Shown here: positions 36,951-49,831 of the stretch, piece after piece
Numbering within the stretch: position 1 is the stretch's first letter
Layout of the letters: every line of letters starts with the position of its first letter
Assembly (NCBI GenBank): GCA_051313645.2
Contig: JBNRSN020000006.1
Coordinates: 302,560,001 to 302,624,000 of the forward strand
Source of the DNA: Centroscyllium fabricii
Taxonomy: Eukaryota
Length of the DNA stretch: 64,000 nucleotides
Reading direction: 5' to 3'
Notes under the pieces: generated by a model
The model's database searches: none
The model's input: only the letters and a program-made list of their open reading frames with translations
What the model was told of the DNA's origin: nothing
Position numbers and translations under genes: made by a program

Positions 36951-37617
36951 CAGCGCGTACTCACGCGGGGCGATCGGAATTTCTGGGCCATTATGACATT
37001 AGCCACAGCCCGCACTGCAGATGTATATCACCAGATAAGTAAATTTCAGGCTATCCAGTACAAGACACCCAGTCTGGGAAACCTTTCAACCTGCAGTAGA
37101 GATCACTCGCTCCAAAAGTTAGGAAAATACAGCATGCATTGTTTCTAATATTACAAAGTGCTTAAGCACAGAAACAGGCCATTCTGCCCAACTGGTCTGT
37201 GCTCCACATGAGCCTCCTCCCACCCAGTCATCATAACCTTCTATTCCTTTCTCTCTCGTGTGTTTATCCAGCTTCCCCTTGAACGCATCGATACTATTCG
37301 CCTCAACCACTCCCTGTGAGAGCGAGTTCCACATTCTCACCACTCTCTGGGTAAAGGAGTTTCTCCTGAATTGGTTGTTGGATTTATTAGTGACTATCTT
37401 ATATTGATGGCCCCTCGTTCTGGTCTCGCCCACAAGTGGAAACATCTTCTCTTCGTCTGTCCTAGCGAACCCCCTTCATAATTTTAAAGGCCTCTGTCAG
37501 GTCACCCCTCAGCGTCCTCTTTTCTGGCGAAAAGAGCCCCTGCCCGTTCAATCTTTCCTGACGGGTTTAACATCAACGTTCTGGTATCATTCTAGTAAAT
37601 CTTTTCTGCGCCTTCTC

Positions 37618-38145
37618 CAATGTTGGCTGCAATGGTTTTTTGTGCGCGGTCCCTTTATAGAAACATAGAAGATAGGAGCAGGAGTAGGCCATTCGGCCCC
37701 TTGAGCCTGCTCCGCCATTCAATGAGATCATGGCTGATCATCCAAACCAGTACCCTGTCCTGCCCTCTCCCCATATCCCTCGATCCCTATCGAGCCTGCA
37801 CCGACACATATCCCACCCTATCCCCGTAACCCCACACATTCAATCCCCCTAACACGAAGGGTCAATTTACCCTGGCCAATCAACCTAACCCGCACATCTT
37901 TGGACTGTGGGAGGAAACCGGAGCACCCGGAGGAAACCCACGCAGACACTGGGAGAATGTGCAAACTCCACACAGACAGTCACCCGAGGCCGGATTTGAA
38001 ACCGGGTGTCCAGTGCTGTAAGGCAACAGTGCTAACCACAAAGCCACCTTTAACTGGCTGCGCGGCCTACTCAAATTTGCTCGCAGACACGGTTATTCCC
38101 ACCGTAAAGCCGGTGAGCGGCCGTCGCAGCTTAGCGGGAATGTTG
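37618..38145. mobile_element. hAT-type MITE inside an antisense CR1 (37160-38290), itself interrupted by an HE1-like SINE (37657-38049, minus)
   Basis: Ends CAATGTTG / TTAGCGGGAATGTTG; the SINE is flanked by CCTTTA. Confidence 0.6.
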
Positions 38146-39673
38146 ACCGCCTCCTGCGCCTCTGCATCCTTTAAAAAAATAATAATACGGAGACTAGAAC
38201 TGTTCAGCGCTCCCAAGTGTGGTCTAACCAAGGTTCGACAAGTTTAACACAACTGCTCTGCTTTTTAAAATTCCATCCCCTTAGAAATGACTCTTTCCTT
38301 GTAACTGCGTGTGACTGCCGAGTGACTCATCATGCTGTCTCCTCCTCCTGACTCGACCTTTCTCGGCAGCGTCAGATCCTCCCTCAGTCACCAGCTGTTT
38401 GAATCAGCAGACTTTGACTATCCTAGCTCAGCGTCACCGAACCACTGCTTCCCTCCTCTCTCCTGCGTGGGTGATGGTCGGCAACGTGACTCCTTTGGTG
38501 CTGCAGTTTTGTTTTTCACTTTGAAAAGTCAAGTAGCAATTCAGAGTTGTGCAAAGTGCCGGCAGTGTTCATAATTTACTCCATGTTTTAACACTGCGAC
38601 ATCCTAAAACATCTGGTGCAGACGCCACTCCTGAATTAGCATGGTTCGGTACAACAACAACAACGTTGCCTTTTATTTAGCGCCTTCAAATGTTCCAAGG
38701 GGCTTCACAGGAGCGATTATCCACACCTTTTATTTTGGCCTTTTGTTTCTCTCTCTCGTGGCAGCCGCCTCCCATTCTGCCGGTGCTTTTCACACCTAAT
38801 CTATAGCTGTCTCCTGTCCACAGCCCCATTAGCATCTCGTCTCATTTTGAAAACCTCTTCATGTCTTTTCTCTTTTGTTTTCTCTTCCCTTTAGTTCCCT
38901 CCCAGCTTCCTCGGCCTTCTCACCTGTTTCATTTCCTGGCTTTAGTTTTGACAAAGGGTCCTAACCCGAAACGTTGACTCTATTTCTCCACGGATGTTGC
39001 CTAGCCTGCTGAGTTTTCCCAGCATTTTCTGTTATTTCGATTTTTCAAACCGAGTTTGACACCGAGCCACATGAGATATTAGGACAGGCTTGGTCAAAGA
39101 GTGAGGTTTTAAGGAGCATCTTAAAGGAGGAGAGCGAGGCGGCAAGGTTTAGGGCGGGCATTCCAGCGCTTTGGGCCCAGGCAGCTGAAGGCACGGACAA
39201 CACTGGAAATCGGCGATGCTCAGGAGGCCAGAAACGCAGGAGTGCACAGATCTCGGAGAGTTGTAGGGCTGGAGGAGGTTACAGAGGTAGGGAGGGGCGA
39301 GGCCATGAAGGGATTTGAACACGACAGAGGTTTTTCAATTTGAGGGTTTGCCGTACCAGGAGCTAATATGGGCCAGCGAGCACAGGGGCGATGGACGAAT
39401 GGGACTTGGTGCGAGTTAGGATACGGCAGTGGAACTTTCGTTGAGCTCAAGTTTACAGAAGGTGGGAGGTCGGCCGGGAGAGCGCTGTAGAAATACTGTT
39501 CCAGAATCTGGTCATTCCTCCCTCCCCCGCTTTTTCTAAGAGTTATATTTTATAGTTTAAATTATTCACTGTTTTATTGTATCTGGGTAGTCACTAGTGT
39601 ATGTGCTGGCAGAATGTTACGGTACATTCTAAAACTGGAGAGACTGGAGAATCTGGGGTGGTTCTCCTTGGAG

Positions 39674-40065
39674 CATAGAAACATAGAAACGAGGAGCAGG
39701 AGTCGGCCATTCGGCCTCTCGAGCCTGCTCCGCCATTCAATGAGATCATGGCTGATCATCCAAACCCAGCACCCCGCCCCTGCCTTCTCCCCATATCCCT
39801 ATCGAGCCTACATCAACACATATCCCACCCTATCCCCGTAACCCCACATATTCAATCCCCCTAACACTAAGGGTCAATTTATCCTGGCCAACCTAACCCG
39901 CACATCTTTGGACTGTGGGAGGAAACCGGAGCACCCGGAGGAAACCCACGCAGACACGGGGAGAATGTGCAAACTCCACACAGATAGTCACCCGAGGCTG
40001 GATTTGAACCCGGGTCTCCAGTGCTGTGAGACAACAGTGCTAACCACTGTGCCACCGTGCCGCCC
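39674..40065 (-). mobile_element. HE1/V-SINE-like SINE inside a CR1 fragment (39630-40440)
   Basis: Head, V-domain and tail. Confidence 0.85.
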
Positions 40066-40449
40066 AGGTTAAGAGGAGATTTGATAGAGGTGTTCAAAAT
40101 CATGAAGGGTTTAGACCGAGTAAATGAGGAGAAATTGTTTCCAGTGGCTGAAGGATCGATAACGAGGGGGCTCAGATTTAAGGTGATTGGCAAAAGAACC
40201 AGAGGCGACACGAGGGGAAACATTTTGTGCAACGAGTGGTTGGGATTTGGAATGCGCTGCCGGATAGGGCGGTGGATACAGGTTCAATAGTGGCCTTCAA
40301 AAGAGAATTGGATAAATACAGGGAAGAGAAAATATTGCAGGGATCTGGTCAAAGAGCGGGGGGAGTGGGACTGACTGGATCTCTCTTCGAAAGAGCCGGC
40401 GCAGACTGGATGGGCCGAATGGCCTCCTGTGCTGTACTACATGCATACT

Positions 40450-42347
40450 AAAAAGTGGAAGCAGCATGCTATAGACGGGGCTAAGCGATCCCACAATCAA
40501 CAGATCAAATCAAAGCTCTGCAGTCCTGCCATATCCAGTCATGAATGGCGGTGAACCATTCAACAACTAACTGGAGGAGGAGGCTCCGTGAATATCCCCA
40601 TCCTCAATAATGGTGGAGCCCAGCACGTGAGTGCAAAAGACAAGGCTGAAGCGTTTGCAACCATCTTCAGCCAGAAGTGCCAAGCGGATGATCCATATCG
40701 GCCTCCTCCTGAGGCCCCCACCATCACAGAAGCCAGTCTTCAGCCAATTCGACTCACTCCACGTGATATCAAGAAATAGCTGAGCGCACTGGATATAGCA
40801 AAGGCTATGGGCCTCAAAAAATCCCGGTTATCGTGCTGAAGACTTGTGCTCCAGAACTAGCCGCGCCTCCAGCCAAGCTGTTCAAGTACAGCTACAACAC
40901 TGACACCTACCCAGCAATGTGAAAGATTGCCCAAGTATATCCTGTCCACAAAAAGCAGGACAAATCCGACCTGGCCAATTACCGCCCCATCAGTCTACAA
41001 TCAATCATCAGCAAAGTGACGGCAGGTGTCATCGACAGTGCTATCAAGCGGCACTTACTCACCAATAACCTGCTAACTGACGCCCAGTTTGGGTTCCGCC
41101 AGGACCACTTGGCTCCTGACCTCATTACAGCCTTGGTCCAAACATGGACAAAGGATCTGAATTCCAGGTGAGGTGAGAGTGACTGCCCTTGACATCAAGG
41201 CAGCATTTGACCGAGTGCGGCATCAAGGAGCCCTGGTAAAACTGAAGTCAACGGGAATCGGGGGGGGAAAACTCTCCACTGGCTGGAGTCATACCTAGCA
41301 CAGAGGAAGATGGTTGTGGGGGTTGGAAGTCAATCATCACAGCCCCAGGACATCGCTGCAGGAGTTCCTCAGGGCAGTGTCCTAGGCCCAACCATCTTCA
41401 GCTGCTTCATCAATGACCTTCCCTCCATCATAAGGTCAGAAATGGGGATGTTCACTGATGACTGCAGAGTGTTCAGCGCCATTCACAACTCCTCAGATAA
41501 TGAAGCAGTCCATGCCCCCGTGCAGCAAGACCTGGATGACATTCAGGTTTGGGCTGATAAGTGGCAGGGAACATTCGCACCACACAAGTGCCAGACAATG
41601 ACTATCTCCAACAACTGAGAGTCTAACCACCACCCCTTGACATTCAATGGCAATACCATCACCGAATCCCCCACCATCAGCATATGGGGGGTAACCATTG
41701 ACCAGAAACTTAACTGGACCAGCGACATAAATACTGTGGTAAAGAGCAGGCCAGAGGCTGGGAATTCTGTGGCGAGTGTCTCACCTCCTGACTCCCCAAA
41801 GCCTTTCCACCATCTACAAGGCACAAGTCAGGAGTGTGATGGAATACTCTCCACTTGCCTGGATGAGTGCAGCTCCAACAACACTCAAGAAGCTCGACCC
41901 CATCCAGGATAAAGCAGGCCGCTTGATTGGCACTCCATCCACCACCTCCAACATTCACTCTCTCCACCACCGGCGCACTGTGGCTGCAGTGTGTACCATC
42001 TACAAGATGCACTGCAGCAACTCGCCAAAACATCTTCAGCAGCACCTCCCAAACCCACAACCTCTACCACCTAGAAGGACAAGGGCAGCAGGCGCATGGG
42101 AACACCAGCACCTCCAAGTTCCCCTCCACACATCATCCTGACTTGGAAGTATATCATCGATCCTTTATCGTCGCTGGGTCAAAATCCTGGAACTCCCTCC
42201 CTAACAGCACTGTGGGAGCATCTTCACCACACGGACTGCAGCGGTTCAAGAAGGCGGCTCACCACCACCTTCCCGAGGGCAATTAGGGATGGGCAATAAA
42301 TGTTGGCCTTGCCAGCAACGCCCACATCCCAGGAATGAATGAAAAAA
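40450..42347 (+). mobile_element. CR1-group LINE (second family), degenerate ORF2 3' part
   Basis: [31 protein letters not shown] and YKAQVRSVMEY motifs; tail AGGGCAATTAGGGATGGGCAATAAA. Confidence 0.88.
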
Positions 42348-42759
42348 ACCTATTCGATGAGTCCAAGTGTTTTTTCTCTTTTTTTCTTTGCATTTGAGGT
42401 TTGTTTTTTCCTTTTTCCTTAAGTTCTGGTCTGCCATTTTTCTCGATTTCAATCTTTTTGATTTTAATATAAAAAATGTGCAAGCAGCAGGTAATTTTTA
42501 ATTTGCGGGCTTGGATGTAAAACCTATTTTAATGCAGGATGTAAATAGTGTTCGGATATGGCTCCTTCTTGTTCAAGGTCATCGCTTTAAGGTGACTGAA
42601 TAAGTCAATTTCTGGTTTTAACTATACGCGATTCCAGAGTGTTTTGGGGTCTCATTCTGCGAATCTGCCTGTTGTACCATGAAAAGGGAATATCTGTTAC
42701 CTTGCCTAAAAGGACTTGCATGTTTTACTGTGACTTGCATGAGTCAAGTTATCTTATTA

Positions 42760-43440
42760 CAGGTTGTGCACCGTTAATCCGGCACCCGATAATTCGGCAC
42801 CTTCAGTGGTCCAGCACGAATCCCGCTGGCCGGCCCACGTGATCCCAGGGATGCTCGCGATGCGCGGGCCTCTCCCCAACTGGTCTGTGCCTGCGCGGTG
42901 GCCATTTTGAATGGGCTGCGCCTGCGCGGTGGCCATTTTGAATGGGCTGCGCCTGCGCGGTGGCCATTTTGAATGGGCTGCGCCTGCGCGGTGGCCATTT
43001 TGAATGGGCTGCGCCTGCGCGGTGGCCATTTTGAATGGGCTGCGCCTGCGCGGTGGCCATTTTGAATAGAAACATAGAAAATAGGTGCAGGAGTAGACCA
43101 TTCGGCCCTTCGAGCCTGCACCGCCATTCAACACGTTCATGGCTGAACATGCTATATCAGTACCCCATTCCTGCTTTCTCGCCATATCCCTTGATCCCCC
43201 TAGTTGTAATTATTACACATAACTCTCTTTTGAATATATTTAGCGAACTGGCCTCAACAACTTTCTGTGGTAGAGAATTCCACAGGTTCACCACTGTCTG
43301 GGTGAAGAATGGGCTGCGCCTGCGCGGCGGCCATTTTGAATGGGCTGCGCCTGCGCTCCCCGGACCTTCAGTGGTACTGATTTTTCAGTAGTCCGGCACC
43401 GGCCTGTCCCGCCGGTGCCGGATTAACGGTGCACAACCTA
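42760..43440. mobile_element. Tc1/mariner MITE with a 31-bp internal minisatellite and a nested CR1 tail (43068-43306)
   Basis: TIR CAGGTTGTGCACCGTTAATCCGGCACC; TA flanks; unit GCCTGCGCGGTGGCCATTTTGAATGGGCTGC. Confidence 0.85.
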
Positions 43441-43890
43441 TATATGGAACGTACATCAGAGAAACTGGCCATTCAGCCGAACTGGTGTTTATGATCCACA
43501 CGAGCCTCCTCCCACCCCTCTTCATCTCACCCTATCCGCATAGCCTTCTATTCCTTTCGTCCTCCTGCGCATCCCTTTAAATGCAAAACATAATCACTTC
43601 TGATGCCGCTGACCTAAGTCGTTTGTGGTTGTGAATGACATAGAATGCACAGAAAGAGGCCATTCGGCCCAACTGGTCCGTGCCGGCGTTTATGTTCCAC
43701 ACGAGCCTCTTCATCTCACCCTATCACCGTGTCCTTCTATTCCTTTCTCCCTGATGTGTTTATCCAGCTTCCCCTTAAATGCATCGATACTATTTGCCTC
43801 AACCACTCCCGGTGGGAGCGAGTTCCACATTCTCGCCACTCTCTGGGTAAAGAAGTTCCTCCTGAATTCCCTACTGGATTTATTTGTGAC

Positions 43891-44022
43891 CAATGTTTTC
43901 CCTAATTTTTCTTGGTGTGCAGTCCCTTTGACAGACTGCATGGCCTGTTCAAAATTTCACACGTGCTCAAAATCTCCCATTCGGAGCCGCTAAACCGCCT
44001 GTGCCGCTTAGCGGCAACGTTG
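43891..44022. mobile_element. hAT-type MITE
   Basis: Ends CAATGTTTTCCCTAA / TTAGCGGCAACGTTG; TSD TTTGTGAC/TTGGTGAC. Confidence 0.65.
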
Positions 44023-44731
44023 TTGGTGACTAACTTGTATTTATGGACCCTAGTTTTTGAACTCCCACCACGTTACATAGAGATTCTTGAATTTTTACCT
44101 CGCTTTTAGGATGCACACTTAACTTTTTTTTTTTAAAGTGCCCTTTGTCATGTCAGGACGATCCCCGCTCCCTCCCAGCCCCTGGTCTGTAAAAGACTTG
44201 CAGCAAATGCTCTTTGTCGTGAGACCAGCAAGAAACGGATGAAGAGAAACGTATCACCCCCAAGTTCATCAGACAGCTGTGCTTCCCGTGTAGCCTGTTG
44301 TTCAGCCATGTCGGTATTGGTCACAGCTGCCATATCGTCTCCAACATTTTCACTCGTCTGTTACTATGGGCCCACAGTTCCCACAGACAATGTGTAACTT
44401 GTTCCCTCAACATGTGATGCGACAATACAAAATCTCTGTACCACAATATCCTTGTAAGAGTGAAACTCGGCAAGGCCGAGTCCAACAGAGAGGCAATTCT
44501 GCAAGCAAGCCCCTAGGAATGGTTCTCTTCCAGCACCATTTTAAAACTTGAAACAAGCAACTGTTTAACCCAAGCATTTTGTGTTATTTTAATAAAGACT
44601 GAGAATTGGGAATTGCAATTTTAAATGGCTGAATTTTACTTTAAAAACAATAAAGAGTCATAGAGTTTTACAGCACAGAAAGAGCCCCTTCGGCCCATCG
44701 TGTCCACGCCGGCCATCAAACCCTTTCTATT

Positions 44732-45100
44732 TGGGCGGCACGGTGGCATAGTGGTTAGCACTGTTGCCTCACAGCGCCAGGGGCCCGGGTTCAAATCCGG
44801 CCTCGGGTGACTATCTGTGTGGAGTTTGCACATTCTCCCCGTGTCTGCGTGGGTTTCCTCCGGGTGCTCCGGTTTCCTCCCACAGTCCAAAGATGTGAGG
44901 GTTAGGTTGATTGGCCATGATAAATTGACACTTAGTGTTGGGGGGGATTGAATATGTGGGGGTTACGGGGATAGGGTGGGATATGTCGGTGTGGGGACGG
45001 GGCAGGGACGGGGTGCTGGGTTTGGATGATCAGCCATGATCTCATTGAATGGCGGAGCAGGGCCGAATGGCCTACTCCTGCTCCTATCTTCTATGTTTCT
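44732..45100 (+). mobile_element. HE1/V-SINE-like SINE
   Basis: Head, V-domain and tail. Confidence 0.85.
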
Positions 45101-45184
45101 ATTCTAAACCCATTTTCCAGCACTTGGTCCTTAAATAGACTTAGATTTATATATATTTTAAATAATAGTGCAATGTATCCAGGT

Positions 45185-47512
45185 TTGCTGACTGTACAAA
45201 GCTAGGTGGGACAGTGAGCTGTGAGGAGAACAGAGTCTGCAAAGGGATATAGATAGACTGAGTGAGTGGGCAGTAAGGTGGAAGATGGATTATAATATGG
45301 GCAAATGTCAGGTTAGTCACTTTGCTAGGAAGAATAGAAAAACAGTTTTTAAATCATGAGGAACTATTAAATGTTGGTGCTCAGAGATTTAGGTGTCCTC
45401 GTACAGGAAACTCAACGTTCACAAGCAGGTACAGCAAGCAATTAGGAAGGCAAATGGTATGTTGGCCTTTATTGCAAGAGGCTTGGAGTATAAGAGTGAG
45501 GAAGTCTTGCTACAATTGTACAGGGCCTTGGTGAGACCACACCTGGAGTACTGGGCACAGTTTTGGTCTCCTTATCTAAGGAAGGATATACTTGCCTCGG
45601 AGGCGGTGCAACAAAGGTTCACCAGATTGATTCCTGGGATGAGAGGGTTGTCCTGTGATGAGAGATTGTGTAGAATGGGCCGATACTCTCTGGAGTTTAG
45701 AAGAATGAGAGGTGATCGCATTGAAACATATAAGATTCTGAGGGCGATTGACAGGGTCGATGCTGAGAGGATGTTTTCCCCGGGCTGGAGAGTCTAGAAC
45801 CAGGGGTCACAGTCTCAGGATAAGGGGTCGGCCATTTAGGACTGAGATGAGGAGGAATTTCTTCACTCAGAGTGGGGTGGATCTTTGTAATTCTCTACCC
45901 CAGAGGCCTGTGGATGCTCAGTCATTGAGTATATTCAAGGCTGAGATCGATAGATTTTTGGACTCTAGGGGAATCGAGGGATATGGAGATCGGGCGGGAA
46001 AGTGGAGACCAGGTCGAAGATCAGCCGTGATTTTACTGAATGGCGGAGCAGGCTCGAGGGGCCGTGTGGCGGAGCGGGCTCGAGGGGCCGTGTGGCGGAG
46101 CGGGCTTGAGGGGCCGTGTGGCGGAGCGGGCTCGAGGGGCCGTGTGGCGGAGCGGGCTCGAGGGGCCGTGTGGCGGAGCGGGCTCGAGGGGCCGTGTGGC
46201 GGAGCGGGCTCGAGGGGCCGTGTGGCGGAGCGGGCTCGAGGGGCCGTGTGGCGGAGCGGGCTCGAGGGGCCGTGTGGCGGAGCGGGCTCGAGGGGCCGTG
46301 TGGCGGAGCGGGCTCGAGGGGCCGTGTGGCGGAGCGGGCTCGAGGGGCCGTGTGGCGGAGCGGGCTCGAGGGGCCGTGTGGCGGAGCGGGCTCGAGGGGC
46401 GGTGTGGCGGAGCGGGCTCGAGGGGCGGTGTGGCGGAGCGGGCTCGAGGGGCGGTGTGGCGGAGCGGGCTCGCGGGGCCGTGTGGCGGAGCGGGCTCGAG
46501 GGGCCGTGTGGCGGAGCGGGGCCGTGTGGCGGAGCGGGCTCGAGGGGCCGTGTGGCGGAGCGGGGCCGTGTGGCGGAGCGGGCTCGAGGGGCCGTGTGGC
46601 GGAGCGGGCTCGAGGGGCCGTGTGGCGGAGCGGGGCCGTGTGGCGGAGCGGGCTCGAGGGGCCGTGTGGCGGAGCGGGGCCGTGTGGCGGAGCGGGCTCG
46701 AGGGGCCATGTGGCGGAGCGGGGCCGTGTGGCGGAGCGGGCTCGAGGGGCCGTGTGGCGGAGCGGGGCCGTGTGGCGGAGCGGGCTCGAGGGGCCGTGTG
46801 GCGGAGCGGGCTCGAGGGGCCGTGTGGCGGAGCGGGCTCGAGGGGCCGTGTGGCGGAGCGGGCTCGAGGGGCCGTGTGGCGGAGCGGGCCCGTGTGGCGG
46901 AGCGGGGCCGTGTGGCGGAGCGGGCTCGAGGGGCCGTGTGGCGGAGCGGGCTCGAGGGGCCGTGTGGCGGAGCGGGCTCGGGGGGCCGTGTGGCGGAGCG
47001 GGCTCGAGGGGCCGTGTGGCGGAGCGGGCTCGAGGGGCCGTGTGGCGGAGCGGGCTCGGGGGGCCGTGTGGCGGAGCGGGCTCGAGGGGCCGTGTGGCGG
47101 AGCGGGCTCGGGGGGCCGTGTGGCGGAGCGGGCTCGGGGGGCCGTGTGGCGGAGCGGGCTCGGGGGGCCGTGTGGCGGAGCGGGCTCGGGGGGCCGTGTG
47201 GCGGAGCGGGCTCGGGGGGCCGTGTGGCGGAGCGGGCTCGGGGGGCCGTGTGGCGGAGCGGGCTCGAGGGGCCGTGTGGCGGAGCGGGCTCGGGGGGCCG
47301 TGTGGCGAAGCGGGCTCGGGGGGCCGTGTGGCGGAGCGGGCTCGGGGGGCCGTGTGGCGGAGCGGGCTCGGGGGGCCGTGTGGCGGAGCGGGCTCGGGGG
47401 GCCGTGTGGCGGAGCGGGCTCGGGGGGCCGTGTGGCGGAGCGGGCTCGGGGGGCCGTGTGGCGCAGCGGGCTCGAGGGGCCGTGTGGCCTATTCCTGCTC
47501 CTTCTTATTTCT
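45185..47512 (+). mobile_element. CR1 LINE 3' fragment whose tail carries a large minisatellite
   Basis: RT C-terminal motifs; the tail resumes after 47487. Confidence 0.88.
46040..47487 (+). repeat. 26-bp GC-rich minisatellite (~55 copies, some shortened units)
   Basis: Unit GTGTGGCGGAGCGGGCTCGAGGGGCC. Confidence 0.96.
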
Positions 47513-47950
47513 ATCACTGATCTACATTGTAGGAATGTGAATGGTATAATTGCACAGGCAGGGGAGCTGAGATTGTTCTCCTCTTGAGTCGAGTAAGTTA
47601 AGGGGAGATTTAATAGAGTTGTTCAAAATCATGAAGGGTTTTGATGCAGTAAATGAGAAACTGTTGCCAGTGGCAGGAGGATCAGTAACCAGGGGCCACA
47701 GATTGAAGGTTATTGGCAAAACAACCAGAGGGGAATCAAGGGGATATGGGGATCGGGCGGGAAAGTGAAGCTGAGGTGGAAGATCAGCCTTGATCTTTAT
47801 AATGGGGGAGCAGGCTTGAGGGGCCCTGAATGGCTGCCTCCTGCTCCTATTTGTTTTGCTCTTATGAGATGAGAAGTTTTTCTGAGATGAGAATTTTTTT
47901 ACACAGCGAGTTGTTGTGATCTGGAATGCGCTGCCTGAAAGGATGGTCAA

Positions 47951-48150
47951 ATGCAAGAAGTCACACAACACCAGGTTATAGTCCAACAGTTTTATTTGAA
48001 ATCACAAGCTTTTGGAGCGCTGCTCCACCTGACAAAGGAGCAGCGCTCTGAAAGCTTGTGATTTAAAATAAAGCTGTTGGACTATAATCTGGTGTTGTGT
48101 GACTTCTTACAATTGTCCACCCCAGTCCAACACCGGCTCCTCCACATCAT
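47951..48150 (+). mobile_element. Penelope-like fold-back insertion
   Basis: Same start (ATGCAAGAAGTCACAC) and same tail as 13151-13702, with shorter arms. Confidence 0.72.
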
Positions 48151-48369
48151 GAAGGGGCGGTGGAAGCAGATTCACTGGTAACATTCAAAATTGGATAAAT
48201 ACTTGGAAGGACAAAGATTTGCAGAGCTGTGAGGGAAGAGCTGGGGGAGTGGGACTAATTGGAGAGCTCTTTCCAAGAGTCTGTGCAGTATAGTAACTCC
48301 TGGAAAGAGTGTGTGTGCAGACATCAAGTGATGGCTTCAATGACCTGAAAATGAAGAAATTTCTCCAGC

Positions 48370-48810
48370 GTCTTTCATGACCTCTGGGCGTCCCAGAACA
48401 ATTTACAGCCAATGAAGTACTTTTTGAAGTGTAGTCACTGTTGTAATGTAGGAAACACGGCAGCCAATTTATGCACAGCAAGCTCCCACAAACAGCAATG
48501 TGATAATGGCCAGATCATCTAGTTTTTAGTGATGTTTGAGGGATAAATATTGTGTCAGGACACCAGGGATAACCCTCCCCCCCCCCCCCCCCCCCGCTTC
48601 TCTTTGAGATAGTGGCCATGGGGTCTTTTATGTCCACCTGAGAGGGCAGGTTTAACGTCTCATTCGAAAGACGGCACCTCCGACAGTGCAGCACTCCCTC
48701 AGCACTGCACTGGGAGTGTCAGCCTCGATTTCTGTGCTCCAGTCTCTGGAGTGGGTCTCGAACCCACAACCTTCTGACTCGGAGGTGAGGGTGCTGCCCA
48801 CTGAGGTCAC
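48370..48810 (-). mobile_element. DeuSINE (SacSINE1-like)
   Basis: Reverse complement of the 19706/52590 family. Confidence 0.78.
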
Positions 48811-49008
48811 TGCGGCCACAGTGATTGAATAGGCCTGTTCACATTTACATACATGTTCACCAAAATCTGGCAGGAATCAAAGCTTTCCGAGAAAAGGAGA
48901 CAAAACAAAGGAATATTTGTTTGGTTGTGGAATCACGGTTACCGTGCCAAGTAGATAAACAAGTACAGGAATTGATTTTTGTTGCAACGATTTTCTTTGC
49001 TCTCCCAG

Positions 49009-49093
49009 GTACCAACAAATGCTTCACAGAAATCTGGTCTACCTAGCAACAATAGCCGATTCCAATCAGAATATGCAGTCACTCTTGCCGGCT
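49009..49093 (+). CDS. SS18: SS18 coding exon 3
   Basis: CTCCCAG acceptor; (Q)YQQMLHRNLVYLATIADSNQNMQSLLPA; GTAAGT donor; 85 nt. Confidence 0.96.
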
Positions 49094-49662
49094 GTAAGTA
49101 TTCTTTTTAAATGTAATATTTAGAAAGTTTAAACGTTCAAACTTGCAGAATTTCTGATGCGCAGGTGACAGTTAATCGGCACCTGCAACGCTCGACCCGA
49201 GAAGGTGCTGGAAGCTGGTTCCAGAAATCGAGTTGGACGAGTACTGGAGGGTGAAGAGCTCACAGGGTTACGGACAAGAAGCGAGGATGTGGGACTGAGC
49301 GCGACTGATCTTTCAGCGAGCCAGCACGAGCTCGACGGGCCGAATGGCGGCCTCTTGTGCTGTGTGATTCTATGAATCTATTCTATTTCAATCACAAAAC
49401 CATATCAGAAGATGAAGTCAGTAGAAGTAGCAATTTCGGGGCTATCTATTTCGGTTTTCAAATGTGTATATTTAGCAACTTAAAAAAGAAAACAGTCAAC
49501 AATTTCAGAATTATAGAAAGTTACAGCACAGAAGGAGGCCATTCGGCCCATCGTGTCCGTGCCAGCCAACAAACATCTCTCCGGCCTAATCCCACTTTCC
49601 AGCTCTTGGTCCGTAGCCCTGCAGGTTACGGCACTTCAAGGGCAGATCCAAGTACTTTTTAA

Positions 49663-49831
49663 ATGTAAGAAGTCCCACAACACCAGGTTATAGTCCCAAC
49701 AGTTTTATTTGAAATCACAAGCTTTCGAAATGGAAAGCTTGTGATTTCAAATAACACTGTTGGACTATAATCTGGTGTTGTGTGACTTCTTACAATTGTC
49801 CACCCCAGTCCAACACCGGCACCTCCACATC
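49663..49831 (+). mobile_element. Penelope-like fold-back insertion inside an antisense CR1 (49510-50130)
   Basis: Same start and tail as the other fold-backs; ~65-bp arms. Confidence 0.72.

Larger units (their letters stand above)
33347..36989. mobile_element. Non-autonomous TIR element hosting the Harbinger and a SINE
   Basis: Ends GACCCAGAAACT / AATTTCTGGGCC, flanked by ATT on both sides. Confidence 0.55.

Noticed and set aside
45748-47587. Long ORFs of 474-590 aa in several frames
   Set aside because: Translations of the GC-rich 26-bp minisatellite. The same applies to the ORFs at 11883-12783, 29382-30147, 50753-51446 and 60346-61370.
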